DNA of 46,707 nt from Eubacteriales bacterium (GTDB lineage Bacteria; Bacillota; Clostridia; Oscillospirales; QAKW01): the NCBI GenBank assembly GCA_045603925.1, contig JAZUNB010000105.1, positions 1 through 46,707 of the forward strand. Direction: 5' to 3'. This document shows, one piece after another, positions 18,269 to 27,602 of this stretch. The notes below the pieces were generated by a model. The model was not told the origin of the DNA and searched no databases. It worked only from the letters and a program-made list of their open reading frames with translations. The first letter of the stretch is position 1, and each line of letters begins with the position of its first letter. The position numbers were made by a program, and so were the translations under genes.

Positions 18269-19357
18269 TTACTCGCCTAAATTTGCGAAGAGATCCAGAA
18301 AATTCAGATCGTCTTCTTCCTCGTCCTTCTTCTCTTCATCCAAAGAGGGGAAGCCCAGCTTGGGCTCTTCGGCGATGACACCGTTGGCTGCCTGCTTGCC
18401 GGTGGGGAAGCCGGTGGCGATCACCGTAACAATGATCTCATCCTCCAGATCGTTATTGAGCGCAACACCCCAGATGATATTGGCATCGGGATGGGCCGCC
18501 TGCTCGACCATACGGCTGGCTTCGTCTACCTCGTCCATTCCGATATCGGGAGAGGCGGTGATATTGAAGATCACACCGGTAGCGCCATCAATGGAGGTTT
18601 CCAGCAGGGGGCTGGAGATGGCCATCTCAGCGGCCTTGACCGCCTTATTATCACCGGAGGCACGACCGACACCCATATGGGCATTTCCTGCATCCTTCAT
18701 GATCTTATGCACGTCGGCAAAGTCCACATTGACCAGGCCGGGGATCAAGATCAGATCGGAGATACTCTGAACACCCTGGCGGAGCACATCGTCTGCCACC
18801 TGGAAGGCATTGAGCAGAGTGATCCGCTCGGTGGATACATCCTTGAGCTTTTCATTGGGGATGATAATGAGGCTGTCCACATGCTGGCGCAGCTTTTCAA
18901 TGCCCGCCTCTGCGGTACGCATCTTCATACGACCCTCAAAGCCGAAGGGCTTGGTAACGATGGCAACGGTCAGGATCCCCATATCCTTGGCGATCTCGGC
19001 GACCACAGGGGCACTGCCGGTACCGGTACCCCCGCCCATACCGGCGGCGATAAAGACCATATCGGCGCCCCGCAGGGTGGCCTCGATCTCTTCGCGGTTT
19101 TCCAAAGCGCTGTTTTCACCAACCAAGGGATCGCTGCCTGCGCCCTTGCCCTTGGTGAGCTTTTCGCCGATCTGCAGTTTGGTGGTAGCGGCAGATGCCT
19201 CCAATACCGGCTTATCGGTATTGACCACCACAAAATCCACACCCTGCACACCGGAACGGATCATCCGATTTACTGCGTTACAGCCACCGCCGCCGCAGCC
19301 GATCACCTTTATATTTACAACGCCCTCGGCGCTTTCGGTATACATGAAGCTTGCCAT
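18269..19357 (-). CDS. ftsZ: Cell division protein FtsZ
   Basis: GCGGGGCNAVNRM, tubulin signature GMGGGTGTG, NVDFADV. Confidence 0.97.
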   Translation of the reverse strand: MASFMYTESAEGVVNIKVIGCGGGGCNAVNRMIRSGVQGVDFVVVNTDKPVLEASAATTKLQIGEKLTKGKGAGSDPLVGENSALENREEIEATLRGADMVFIAAGMGGGTGTGSAPVVAEIAKDMGILTVAIVTKPFGFEGRMKMRTAEAGIEKLRQHVDSLIIIPNEKLKDVSTERITLLNAFQVADDVLRQGVQSISDLILIPGLVNVDFADVHKIMKDAGNAHMGVGRASGDNKAVKAAEMAISSPLLETSIDGATGVIFNITASPDIGMDEVDEASRMVEQAAHPDANIIWGVALNNDLEDEIIVTVIATGFPTGKQAANGVIAEEPKLGFPSLDEEKKDEEEDDLNFLDLFANLGE

Positions 19358-19416
19358 TATACGAAACCTCCAACAATTTTTTATAAGCGATTTTTTCGCG
19401 GAATACTCTTAGTAAT

Positions 19417-19445
19417 ATTTTAATATTATTTAAGAATAATTGCAA
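19417..19445 (-). promoter_or_regulatory. Own sigma-A-type promoter of ftsZ
   Basis: Minus strand TTGCAA (19445-19440), 17 bp spacer, TAAAAT (19422-19417). Confidence 0.5.
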
Positions 19446-19505
19446 GGGTTTTTTCTATAATTTACAAGAAATTCATGGAAAAGGCCAACAGGGGCTCATC
19501 AAGCT

Positions 19506-20213
19506 TTAATAATTCTCCACCGGTCGATTATTACAGAGGATCTCATTGACGCGGCGGGCGGCCTCTCCCTCCAATTCCGCCCAGCAGTTTGGCTTATGGC
19601 AGAGAATATAGGCCTTCTCATCATAGCCGCTATGAAAATAAGGCACTCCATCGATCCAAAGACGCGTATGGGTCGGGTATTCGGGGCAATCCTTTTGCCA
19701 CTTTGCCTCGTTCAGCAATTGCAACAGCTCTGCCCTAAGGCTTGGGGACAGCGGCAGGGCATCCGCCTCGGTTTGGGTAAATTGAGCGATCTTCACCTCC
19801 GAGGTCGGCGTTCCAACGGGCTCCTTCTCCCACCAAATGTTCAGATAGCGCTCCAAAAGGGCATTCAGCTCTGCAGTTTCATCAAGAGTCAGATGCAAGG
19901 AGCCCTCTTCGTGGAGGATCTGATCCTTTTCATAGATGGAGATATAGCAAAGTGCATCGGCGTTTCGCAGATACAAATGCCCCTCAAGGGCGCCGCCGCT
20001 CTTTCGAAAACGCTGATCCAGCAAGGAAAGCACCGCTTTCCCATCCTCTTCCGAAAGGGTTACCCATTCCGCCTTCTCCGGCTCATCAAAGGCCAAAGCG
20101 AGCTCCACCGGCGCCTTGGGATCAAAGGGCGGATCATATAGAAAGGAGTCTTCTGCCTTTGCGCAGCCGGAAAGGAGCAGACAAAAAAGCAATAGCCAAA
20201 TGATTTTTCTCAT
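19506..20213 (-). CDS. Lipoprotein with two copies of a shared unnamed domain
   Basis: MRKIIWLLLFCLLLSGC lipobox; RBS AAGGGAG. Confidence 0.8.
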   Translation of the reverse strand: MRKIIWLLLFCLLLSGCAKAEDSFLYDPPFDPKAPVELALAFDEPEKAEWVTLSEEDGKAVLSLLDQRFRKSGGALEGHLYLRNADALCYISIYEKDQILHEEGSLHLTLDETAELNALLERYLNIWWEKEPVGTPTSEVKIAQFTQTEADALPLSPSLRAELLQLLNEAKWQKDCPEYPTHTRLWIDGVPYFHSGYDEKAYILCHKPNCWAELEGEAARRVNEILCNNRPVENY

Positions 20214-20227
20214 ACCATGCTCCCTTC

Positions 20228-21505
20228 TCAGTTCAACTCATAATAGTGAGTCTGCTCATAGTGCCGTTCGCCTGCATGGAATAAAAAGGTATACTCCAAT
20301 TTATAAGCGCCGTCTTTTTTGACCAAGCGGGCATAGGGCGGATGATAATCGGTGATCCCATCACCGTATTCCGCCCTGAGGCGATTTTCTTCGGGAGCGA
20401 TCACCGTATCATACGATAAACCCTCCAATAAGGCGGAATCAAAGTCGGAATAATCCTCAGAATCCAGATTTGTTCGGGCGACGGTTCTGTCGGCAATCGT
20501 CACATAGAAACTGACCACCGGCCCTTGCACAAATGCATCTTTCCCATAGCGACTGCGGAAAAAGACCCGCCACCAAATGCCGCCGTTGGCGGGTTCCACC
20601 CGCAACAGTTCAAATTTCTCCATATCGGTGCCAAAAAGGTCGGCACCATACTCTCTTGCCAGCAATGCCGCCTCACCGGGCGGCAGATAGGTGCCCTCCG
20701 GATAACAATTACTGCCGTTATACTTTTGAAGCAACGGCAAAAGTTTTTGCTCTTCCCATTCAGTCAAGCACAAATTTTGGATCGCACCCTCTTTGGAGAT
20801 GCGGTGAAGGCAACCGCAAAGACTACCGTCTTCTGCCCAACCAAAGCTGTACCAGGTCTTGCGGCTCAGTTCACGATAGGGAAATTGGGCGGTATGGCGG
20901 CAAGCAGTCGCCCCATCGTTCCACCGCTCTTCGGTGAAGGAACCGTCAATCTCCCCAAACTCCCGTTCACTGAATGCATCATATTCTTGATCAATATGTA
21001 AAAACAGATATTTCCCCAGGATCTCATTGACCTTGCCTTTGATCTCCTCGCCCAGTTCAACGCTATGGGCATCCTCGCCGTACATGGTCAGCGCACCGCT
21101 TTCGGGGGCATAACCAAGCCGCAACTCTCCAATATACAGAATCAGGGACGGATAGAGATCCATCGCCTCCCACTGCCATTCCTTTTGATTAAAAAGCGCA
21201 ATAAGAGCCGACTTATCTTCGGGATCTATCACCTGCAGATCCAAGCATTTAGGGTGATGATGCTCCGCCGTCATAGTCTCAAAAGGAATATCCCGAATTT
21301 GAAAATCTTCCTCTTTGGGTGACTCCGTATGTTCATTTTCATCGGTGGAAGTGTTCGGTTCAACAGACGGAGCCGTCTGCTGTAACTCTTGCGTTTCCTG
21401 CTTGCCGACCTGAAGATCCGGCGCAGCGGCCTCATTCATAGGTGCTTTACAGCCGGAAAGGAGCAGGCAAAAAAGCAATAGCCAAGAAATCACTCGTTTC
21501 TTCAT
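20228..21505 (-). CDS. Lipoprotein with low-complexity linker, two shared-domain copies and an extra C-terminal region
   Basis: MKKRVISWLLLFCLLLSGC lipobox; RBS GGGAGG. Confidence 0.8.
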   Translation of the reverse strand: MKKRVISWLLLFCLLLSGCKAPMNEAAAPDLQVGKQETQELQQTAPSVEPNTSTDENEHTESPKEEDFQIRDIPFETMTAEHHHPKCLDLQVIDPEDKSALIALFNQKEWQWEAMDLYPSLILYIGELRLGYAPESGALTMYGEDAHSVELGEEIKGKVNEILGKYLFLHIDQEYDAFSEREFGEIDGSFTEERWNDGATACRHTAQFPYRELSRKTWYSFGWAEDGSLCGCLHRISKEGAIQNLCLTEWEEQKLLPLLQKYNGSNCYPEGTYLPPGEAALLAREYGADLFGTDMEKFELLRVEPANGGIWWRVFFRSRYGKDAFVQGPVVSFYVTIADRTVARTNLDSEDYSDFDSALLEGLSYDTVIAPEENRLRAEYGDGITDYHPPYARLVKKDGAYKLEYTFLFHAGERHYEQTHYYELN

Positions 21506-21527
21506 GGTAAAAGGCCTCCCTTCTTAT

Positions 21528-21890
21528 TTATTCATCCAGATATTTACAGATGATCTCTTTCAACTGTTTCTCTTCTTCCTCGGAAAGCTCACGGATATGA
21601 TCATTGGATTTAATATGAGTTCCCGAATATATAAAGCTTTGCTCACCAATACGGATCATTGCCTCACCGATGCACCAGCAGTCCCCCTTTTCCCACCGTC
21701 CTTTTTTCAGGATCGCGACCACGATCTGCTTCTCTTCCTCGGTTAGTTCATACGAAAAAGAAGCAACCTCCGGGTTATGATCCGCTTTACATACGGTCAT
21801 CGGAGCAGAACCGCCGATCCGCGGGTGATAGCAACCGGCCAACACCAAACAGGTGCAAATCAAAAGCAAAATCGCCCTGCTTTTCTTCAT
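21528..21890 (-). CDS. Small lipoprotein with one shared-domain copy
   Basis: MKKSRAILLLICTCLVLAGC lipobox; RBS AAAGGAGG. Confidence 0.8.
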   Translation of the reverse strand: MKKSRAILLLICTCLVLAGCYHPRIGGSAPMTVCKADHNPEVASFSYELTEEEKQIVVAILKKGRWEKGDCWCIGEAMIRIGEQSFIYSGTHIKSNDHIRELSEEEEKQLKEIICKYLDE

Positions 21891-21917
21891 AGCGAGGAGC
21901 CTCCTTTCTCTGTTTTC

Positions 21918-21978
21918 ATTTTAGCAATTACAGCGGAAGGTGACAAGGGCTTTTAGGAAAATGTAACATAACTGTAAT
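21918..21978 (-). promoter_or_regulatory. Promoter of the lipoprotein trio with an upstream WalR-type box
   Basis: Minus strand TTGTCA (21946-41), 17 bp spacer, TAAAAT (21923-18); plus-strand TGTAAC-ATAAC-TGTAAT at 21962-21978. Confidence 0.55.
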
Positions 21979-22028
21979 ATAACTCGGTCACCTTCACCAA
22001 AAAATGCTTTTTCTTTTTGGTTTAAATA

Positions 22029-22066
22029 TCCAAAAAAGGCTTCTGCTGATGCAGAAGCCTTTTGGA
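22029..22066 (-). terminator. Intrinsic terminator after ftsQ
   Basis: AAAAGGCTTCTGC-TGAT-GCAGAAGCCTTTT hairpin. Confidence 0.75.
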
Positions 22067-22975
22067 TTATTCTTCGTTGGATTCTTCCTCGGTGGACTCT
22101 TCCTTGGGAAGCTCTTCCTCTTCCTTGGCGGGGCGGTAATAGACCCGCTCGGTATCGGAAACATCCACAATGGAGGGCTGGCCGGTGCCGTTTTCATTCA
22201 AGAGATAGGCCGCCAGCTGCAGCTTGGTATCGGTTTGATCCAGGGTACCGAAATCGATGGTCACATGCTCTTTATACAGCACCTTTACATCATAGCGGGC
22301 AAAGAACTGCACCTCGGTCACCGATGACCATTCCAGTTCGGGCCGGGCGGAGAAGCCCTCATACAGCCGCTGCAGAAAACCGGTGTAGTCCACCTCGCCG
22401 AACAGCGCGGTCTCCCCCACCACCAATTCGGTGGCTGTGACCTGGGTCAATTGAGGGATCCCCTCAATGGGAGAGGCGGGAGCGGGGGTCTCCTCGGCCT
22501 CCTCTTCGGCAGGTTCTTCTTCGGGTTCCTCTTCAGGCTCTTCCCTTAGGACTTGAGGAAGGGTAACAAATTCCAGCACCCGATATTCCTCATTGAGCAG
22601 CGCCGCCTCATATTCCCCCATAGGCACCCATACCACCGGCTGATTTTCTTCAACGGTGATGGAAAGGGTATTGGGCAGTTTCCGCTTGATGGTGACCTCC
22701 TTCACATAAGGAAGGGTCTTCATCCGATCGATGACCTCAAACTTATCCAAACGGAACAAATTCTGGCCGATCTTCAGCTCACCCTCGGAGAGAAGTTCAT
22801 CCACCGTATAGCGGGTATTGCCGCTGACCTCAATGGTTTCGGCATTGAAAAAGACGGTCATGGAAAGAACAGCAAGGGTAATGACCATCAGCACAAAGAG
22901 CAGGCTGAAAAAGACCACCTTCGCCTTCTTTTTGCGTTTTCTTTTCCGCTGATAATACCGCTCCACGCTGTTCAT
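22067..22975 (-). CDS. ftsQ: Cell division protein FtsQ/DivIB (POTRA domain)
   Basis: Basic N-terminus, one TM helix, IEVSGN...GQNLF...LPYVKEVTIKRKLPNTLSITVEE; follows murG. Confidence 0.88.
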   Translation of the reverse strand: MNSVERYYQRKRKRKKKAKVVFFSLLFVLMVITLAVLSMTVFFNAETIEVSGNTRYTVDELLSEGELKIGQNLFRLDKFEVIDRMKTLPYVKEVTIKRKLPNTLSITVEENQPVVWVPMGEYEAALLNEEYRVLEFVTLPQVLREEPEEEPEEEPAEEEAEETPAPASPIEGIPQLTQVTATELVVGETALFGEVDYTGFLQRLYEGFSARPELEWSSVTEVQFFARYDVKVLYKEHVTIDFGTLDQTDTKLQLAAYLLNENGTGQPSIVDVSDTERVYYRPAKEEEELPKEESTEEESNEE

Positions 22976-22979
22976 TTCA

Positions 22980-24092
22980 TCACTTCCTTATAAGTTGATA
23001 GATTTCCTGATAGATGGTCTCTGCCGCCCGGGGCAGGGCAAGGGTCATGGCGTTTTTGCTCAAACGCTCCCGTTTGGCGGGATCCACCTTAAGAGAGAGC
23101 ACGAGCTCATAAAGCTTTTCGGCGGAAAGATCCTTTTCCTCCAGAAGGATGGCGCCCTCCCGATCGGAGAGGGAGCGGGCGTTATAATACTGATGGTTAT
23201 GGGTCACATTGGGGGAAGGGATCAGAATGGAGGGCTTCCCCAGGGCGGTCAGCTCCCCTAAAGTAATGGCGCCTGCGCGGCTGACTACCGCATCGGCGGC
23301 CGCCAGATGCAGGGGCATATCATAGAGATAGGGCTGCACCTTGATGGGGCCTTCCTTTTCCACATCGAAGCCCTTTTCTTTAAGCTTTTCGGGCATCCAT
23401 TTCCAGCCCCGCTCGCCGGTGGCGTGGGTATGGTGAAAATCGCCCTGACGATGGTTTTTGGCGATGAAATCCACCATGGCCTTATTGACCTCCAAAGCCC
23501 CAAGGCTGCCTGCAAAAGACAGCAGATAGAAATCCTTTTCCGAAAGACCCAGAGCGGCTCTTGCCTCCTCCCGCTTGGTGGAGAGGATCTCGGCGCGCAA
23601 GGGGTTGCCGGACAGCACCATTTTTTTGGTCTTACCGAAATATTCCTCACTGCCGGGGAAGCTGACAAACACGATATCAGCCTTTTTCGACAGCATCTTG
23701 CTGGTGATCCCGGGATAGGCATTCTGCTCATGGATGCAGGTGGGGATCCCCAATTTCTGGGCGGCCGCCACCACAGGCCCCGAAACATAGCCGCCGGTTC
23801 CGATGACCAGATCGGGCTTGAATTCCCGGATCAGGCGCTTACATTCTTTTTTGGCTTTTAAGTACAGCTCCACCGTTTTCAGGTTATCCAGCGTCAGTTT
23901 GCGGCGGAAGCCCTGAATACGGATGGGATGCAGATCGAAGCCTGCCTTGGCCACCAAGGTCTCTTCGATCTTGCCTTTATTCCCCACAAAGAGGATCTTG
24001 GCATCTTTATTTTTCTCTTTAATGATGGAGGCGATGGCGATGGCGGGATTGCAATGACCCGCAGTGCCGCCGCCGGCTAAGAGTACTCTCAT
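22980..24092 (-). CDS. murG: MurG GlcNAc transferase
   Basis: GGGTAGH, GTGGYVS, HEQN, GSLGA, SRAGA, HQYYNA. Confidence 0.96.
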   Translation of the reverse strand: MRVLLAGGGTAGHCNPAIAIASIIKEKNKDAKILFVGNKGKIEETLVAKAGFDLHPIRIQGFRRKLTLDNLKTVELYLKAKKECKRLIREFKPDLVIGTGGYVSGPVVAAAQKLGIPTCIHEQNAYPGITSKMLSKKADIVFVSFPGSEEYFGKTKKMVLSGNPLRAEILSTKREEARAALGLSEKDFYLLSFAGSLGALEVNKAMVDFIAKNHRQGDFHHTHATGERGWKWMPEKLKEKGFDVEKEGPIKVQPYLYDMPLHLAAADAVVSRAGAITLGELTALGKPSILIPSPNVTHNHQYYNARSLSDREGAILLEEKDLSAEKLYELVLSLKVDPAKRERLSKNAMTLALPRAAETIYQEIYQLIRK

Positions 24093-25237
24093 TCTTTGAT
24101 CTCCATTCTTGAATAGCGGGATACCGACAGCACCACCGTCATTTCAAACAGCAGGATCAACAGCGAGGTGCCGCCATAACTGAAGAAGGGAAGGCTGATA
24201 CCGGTAGGGGGCAGAGAATTGGTGACCACCGCAATATTGAGGATGGTCTGAACCGCAAGATGGGACATAATGCCCACCACTAAAAGGGAACCGAATTTAT
24301 CCTGAGCGTGATAGGCGATAACAAAGCCCCGCCAGATCAGCAATACAAACAGAATGATCACCATCATGGCGCCCACAAAGCCCAGCTCCTCGCAGACAAT
24401 GGCAAAGATATAGTCGTTTTGCGGCTCGGGAATATAGAGATGCTTCTGGGTAGACTGACCAAGACCCACACCCAAAAGGCCGCCGCTGCCGATGGCATAA
24501 AGGGATTGCAGGGTCTGGAAGCCCGCGCCGGTGGGATCGGCCTCGGGATGGAGCCAGGTCTCAATTCTTCCCTTGGCATAAGGGGTAAGGATCGCAAAGC
24601 CGGCAAGGCCTGCGGCACCGGAAAGACCGATGCCCAAGAACCATTTGAGGTTTACACCGCCCACAAACATCATCACAGCGCCGATGCAAAAGATCAGAAT
24701 GGCGCCGGAAACATGGGTCTCCACCGCCACCAAGCCGCAAACAGTAAGCAACGCGGCGGCAGGCATCAAAAGACCTACCTTAAATTCCTTCATCCGCTTG
24801 TAATTGGCGGCCATATAGGCGGCAAAGATCAGGATCAGCGCGAATTTTGCAATATCACTGGGCTGGAACTGAATTCCGAAATTCAGCCAACGGCGGGCAC
24901 CGTTGACCTTAACACCGACGCCGGGGATCAAGACCAGGATCAGCATGATCACCGATACCCCGAACAAAGGGATGGAAACGCGGCGCAACGCGTGATAATC
25001 AAAGATATACGGCAGAGCCAGCATCATAGCCACACCAAACAGCGCAAAGAGCAGCTGACGCTTGATATAATGATAACTGTCGCCGTACTTATGAAGGGCG
25101 CTGACATAGCTGGCAGAGGCCAGCATAATGAGACCGAAGGTCAGAAGGCAGAGCACCAGGATCAGAAAGACCAGGTCGATACTGCCTGCTTCGCCCTTTT
25201 TCACAAACCATTTACTTCTTTTCTTTTTTGTTGCCAA
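24089..25237 (-). CDS. ftsW: SEDS family peptidoglycan polymerase FtsW/SpoVE
   Basis: NGARRW, FQPSD, PEPQNDYIF, EELG, PTGISLPFFSYGG; TTG start. Confidence 0.93.
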   Translation of the reverse strand: MATKKKRSKWFVKKGEAGSIDLVFLILVLCLLTFGLIMLASASYVSALHKYGDSYHYIKRQLLFALFGVAMMLALPYIFDYHALRRVSIPLFGVSVIMLILVLIPGVGVKVNGARRWLNFGIQFQPSDIAKFALILIFAAYMAANYKRMKEFKVGLLMPAAALLTVCGLVAVETHVSGAILIFCIGAVMMFVGGVNLKWFLGIGLSGAAGLAGFAILTPYAKGRIETWLHPEADPTGAGFQTLQSLYAIGSGGLLGVGLGQSTQKHLYIPEPQNDYIFAIVCEELGFVGAMMVIILFVLLIWRGFVIAYHAQDKFGSLLVVGIMSHLAVQTILNIAVVTNSLPPTGISLPFFSYGGTSLLILLFEMTVVLSVSRYSRMEIKE

Positions 25238-25254
25238 AGGGCTTCACCTCCCCA

Positions 25255-26268
25255 TCAGACATTAAAATAGCGATAATAGAACATTCCCCAAAGGGCCAAA
25301 AGACAACCGACGGCGCTGATGGCGGTAAAGACCGAAACGATCTTGACCTCCGACCAACCGCACATCTCAAAATGATGGTGGATGGGGCTCATTTTAAAGA
25401 GCCGCTTGCCGTGGGTCAGTTTATAATAGGTCACCTGCAACACCACCGAAACACCCTCGATCAGATACATAATACCGCCGATGAGGATGAAATAAGGCAT
25501 ATCATAGGCCATGGCCAGAGCCACCACCGCGGCGCCCAGAAAGAGAGAGCCGGTATCGCCCATAAAGACCTTGGCGGGATGGAAATTATAGATCAAAAAG
25601 GCCAGCAGTCCGCCGGTGAGGGCGGCGGCAAAAATCGTGATCCCTGTGTTATTATTCCCTGCGGAGAGGAAAAATCCAACCACAATGAAGGAAATCACAT
25701 AGGGCAGGGAAACGCCGGTGACCAGGCCGTCCAGACCGTCGGTGAGGTTCACCGAGTTCACAAAGAAAAAGAGGAAGGGGATCATCAGCAAAAAGTAGAA
25801 ATAATAAAGATGGATGCGGATATTGAGATAGGGGATAAAGATGGCCTCGGAGATGACATTGGTGGCATAAAGCCCGCCCAAAAAGAGCGCCATCAACAGC
25901 ATCAGCGGCAGGGTCTTTTGCAATACCGAAAGACCCTTATTGCGCTTTTTGACCACCTTAATGTAATCATCCAAAAAGCCTACCAGCCCGCAAAGGGTCA
26001 CAAACCCGACACACATCAGCAGGCGGTAATCCCCCTTCATGATCTCGGGGATGGCAAGCACCATCGTCACCAAAAGGGTGGGGATGATAAAGATCAGGCC
26101 GCCGATGGTGGGAGTACCCTCTTTGGTCTCCTTATGCCAGGAGGGACCGATCTCCAGAATACTTTGGGAGCATTTCAGCTTCCGAAGCCAGGGTAAGATC
26201 CAGGGCGCCAGCAGCAGCGCCAGCAGAAAGCTTGCGGCAAGAGCCGTTAAAATCAGCCAACTATTCAT
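25255..26268 (-). CDS. mraY: Phospho-N-acetylmuramoyl-pentapeptide transferase
   Basis: GTPTIGG, GFLDDY, NLTDGLDGL, FMGDTGS, PIHHHFE. Confidence 0.96.
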   Translation of the reverse strand: MNSWLILTALAASFLLALLLAPWILPWLRKLKCSQSILEIGPSWHKETKEGTPTIGGLIFIIPTLLVTMVLAIPEIMKGDYRLLMCVGFVTLCGLVGFLDDYIKVVKKRNKGLSVLQKTLPLMLLMALFLGGLYATNVISEAIFIPYLNIRIHLYYFYFLLMIPFLFFFVNSVNLTDGLDGLVTGVSLPYVISFIVVGFFLSAGNNNTGITIFAAALTGGLLAFLIYNFHPAKVFMGDTGSLFLGAAVVALAMAYDMPYFILIGGIMYLIEGVSVVLQVTYYKLTHGKRLFKMSPIHHHFEMCGWSEVKIVSVFTAISAVGCLLALWGMFYYRYFNV

Positions 26269-27602
26269 CTTCTCATCCTTTCTTTTAAGCCATCGGCATA
26301 GGCGCGGAAGCCCATGGAATTGGAGGCCTTAAACAGCACCGTATCGCCGACCTTGATGATCTCTTCCAAAAGCGCGGGAAGCTCTTGCTTTTCCGCGGTG
26401 TAAAATTTCACCATCTGGGCGGGAAGGGCAGCATAAAGGGTCTTGGCGGCTTTGCCGACCGCGATCACAACATCGATCCCCATTTCTCCGCAGAAGGCGC
26501 CCACCTGACGGTGACCTTCCTCTTCATAGGAGCCCAGCTCAAACATATCGCCCAATACCGCCACTCTTCTTCCCTCTTTGGCGGCCAAGACCTTTAAGGC
26601 GGCCCGCATAGAATCGGGAGAGGCGTTATAGCTATCGTCAATCACGGTAACACCGCCTACCGTTTCGGTAAATTGACGGGTGCCGTCGCCGCTGAACTGC
26701 TCCAATCCTTCCTTGAGAAGGCGGGGGTCTACTCCTAAAAGGTGACCCACACCGAAGGCGGCAAGGGCGTTCATGATCTGATGCTCCCCTTCGGTCTGCA
26801 GAGCGATCTCCAGAGACCCTTCGGGATAGCAAAGGGTAAAGCGATTATTCTCAATTCCTTCCGCCCGATAGTCATTATGGGGCGAGAGGCCGAAATAGAC
26901 GCAATTCTTTTGAGGGCGGGCACCGTAGAGCAACGGTTCATCGCCGTTTAAGAGGGCTTTGCCCCCCTCGCCCAAAGCATCCACCAGCTCCAATTTGGCT
27001 TTGGCAATATTTTCGCGGGTCTTTAAAAGCTCCAGATGAGCAACACCGATATTGGTGACCACCGCGATATGGGGGGTGATAAACCGAGTAAGATAATCGA
27101 TCTGACCCAAGCCCCGCATTCCCATCTCGATCACCGCCGCCTGATCGGTATCGGCAACGGCAAGACCGGTGAGGGGAACGCCCAGCTCATTATTCATATT
27201 GCCCTTGGTTCCGCTGACCTGAAGGGCGGGAGAGAGCGCCGAGAGGATGAAATTTTTGGTGGTAGTCTTCCCCACACTGCCCGTCACTCCGACAATTTTC
27301 GCGGGGCACTCCCTCAGATGGGCCTTTGCCAAAAGCCCCAGGGCGAAACGGATATCCTCTACCTGAAAGTAGGGATTCTTTAAGCCGGTCGGTTGGGGCT
27401 CGGTGCCCAAAAACACAATGTTTTCATAGGTTTGATCTAATGACGGGATAAAGGAATGACCGTTGACCCGCTCCCCCGCAATGGCGGCGAAAAGGCAGCC
27501 TGCGCCTGCTTGTCGGGAGTCGGTCACCACCCGCTCCAGGGGAAAATCCACTGAAGGAGCAGGTTTATTCAATGCATTTGCTACAATACGAACACTCAGC
27601 AT
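26265..27602 (-). CDS. murF: UDP-MurNAc-tripeptide:D-Ala-D-Ala ligase
   Basis: TGSVGKTT, NNELGVP, EMGM, DDSYNASP, LGDMFELG, KASN. Confidence 0.95.
   Translation of the reverse strand: MLSVRIVANALNKPAPSVDFPLERVVTDSRQAGAGCLFAAIAGERVNGHSFIPSLDQTYENIVFLGTEPQPTGLKNPYFQVEDIRFALGLLAKAHLRECPAKIVGVTGSVGKTTTKNFILSALSPALQVSGTKGNMNNELGVPLTGLAVADTDQAAVIEMGMRGLGQIDYLTRFITPHIAVVTNIGVAHLELLKTRENIAKAKLELVDALGEGGKALLNGDEPLLYGARPQKNCVYFGLSPHNDYRAEGIENNRFTLCYPEGSLEIALQTEGEHQIMNALAAFGVGHLLGVDPRLLKEGLEQFSGDGTRQFTETVGGVTVIDDSYNASPDSMRAALKVLAAKEGRRVAVLGDMFELGSYEEEGHRQVGAFCGEMGIDVVIAVGKAAKTLYAALPAQMVKFYTAEKQELPALLEEIIKVGDTVLFKASNSMGFRAYADGLKERMRR

Noticed and set aside
19461-19477. TTTACA-N5-TTCATG at the same distance from the ftsZ -35 as the WalR-type boxes
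   Set aside because: Does not match the TGTWAH repeat; the second half-site is too degenerate to support a call.
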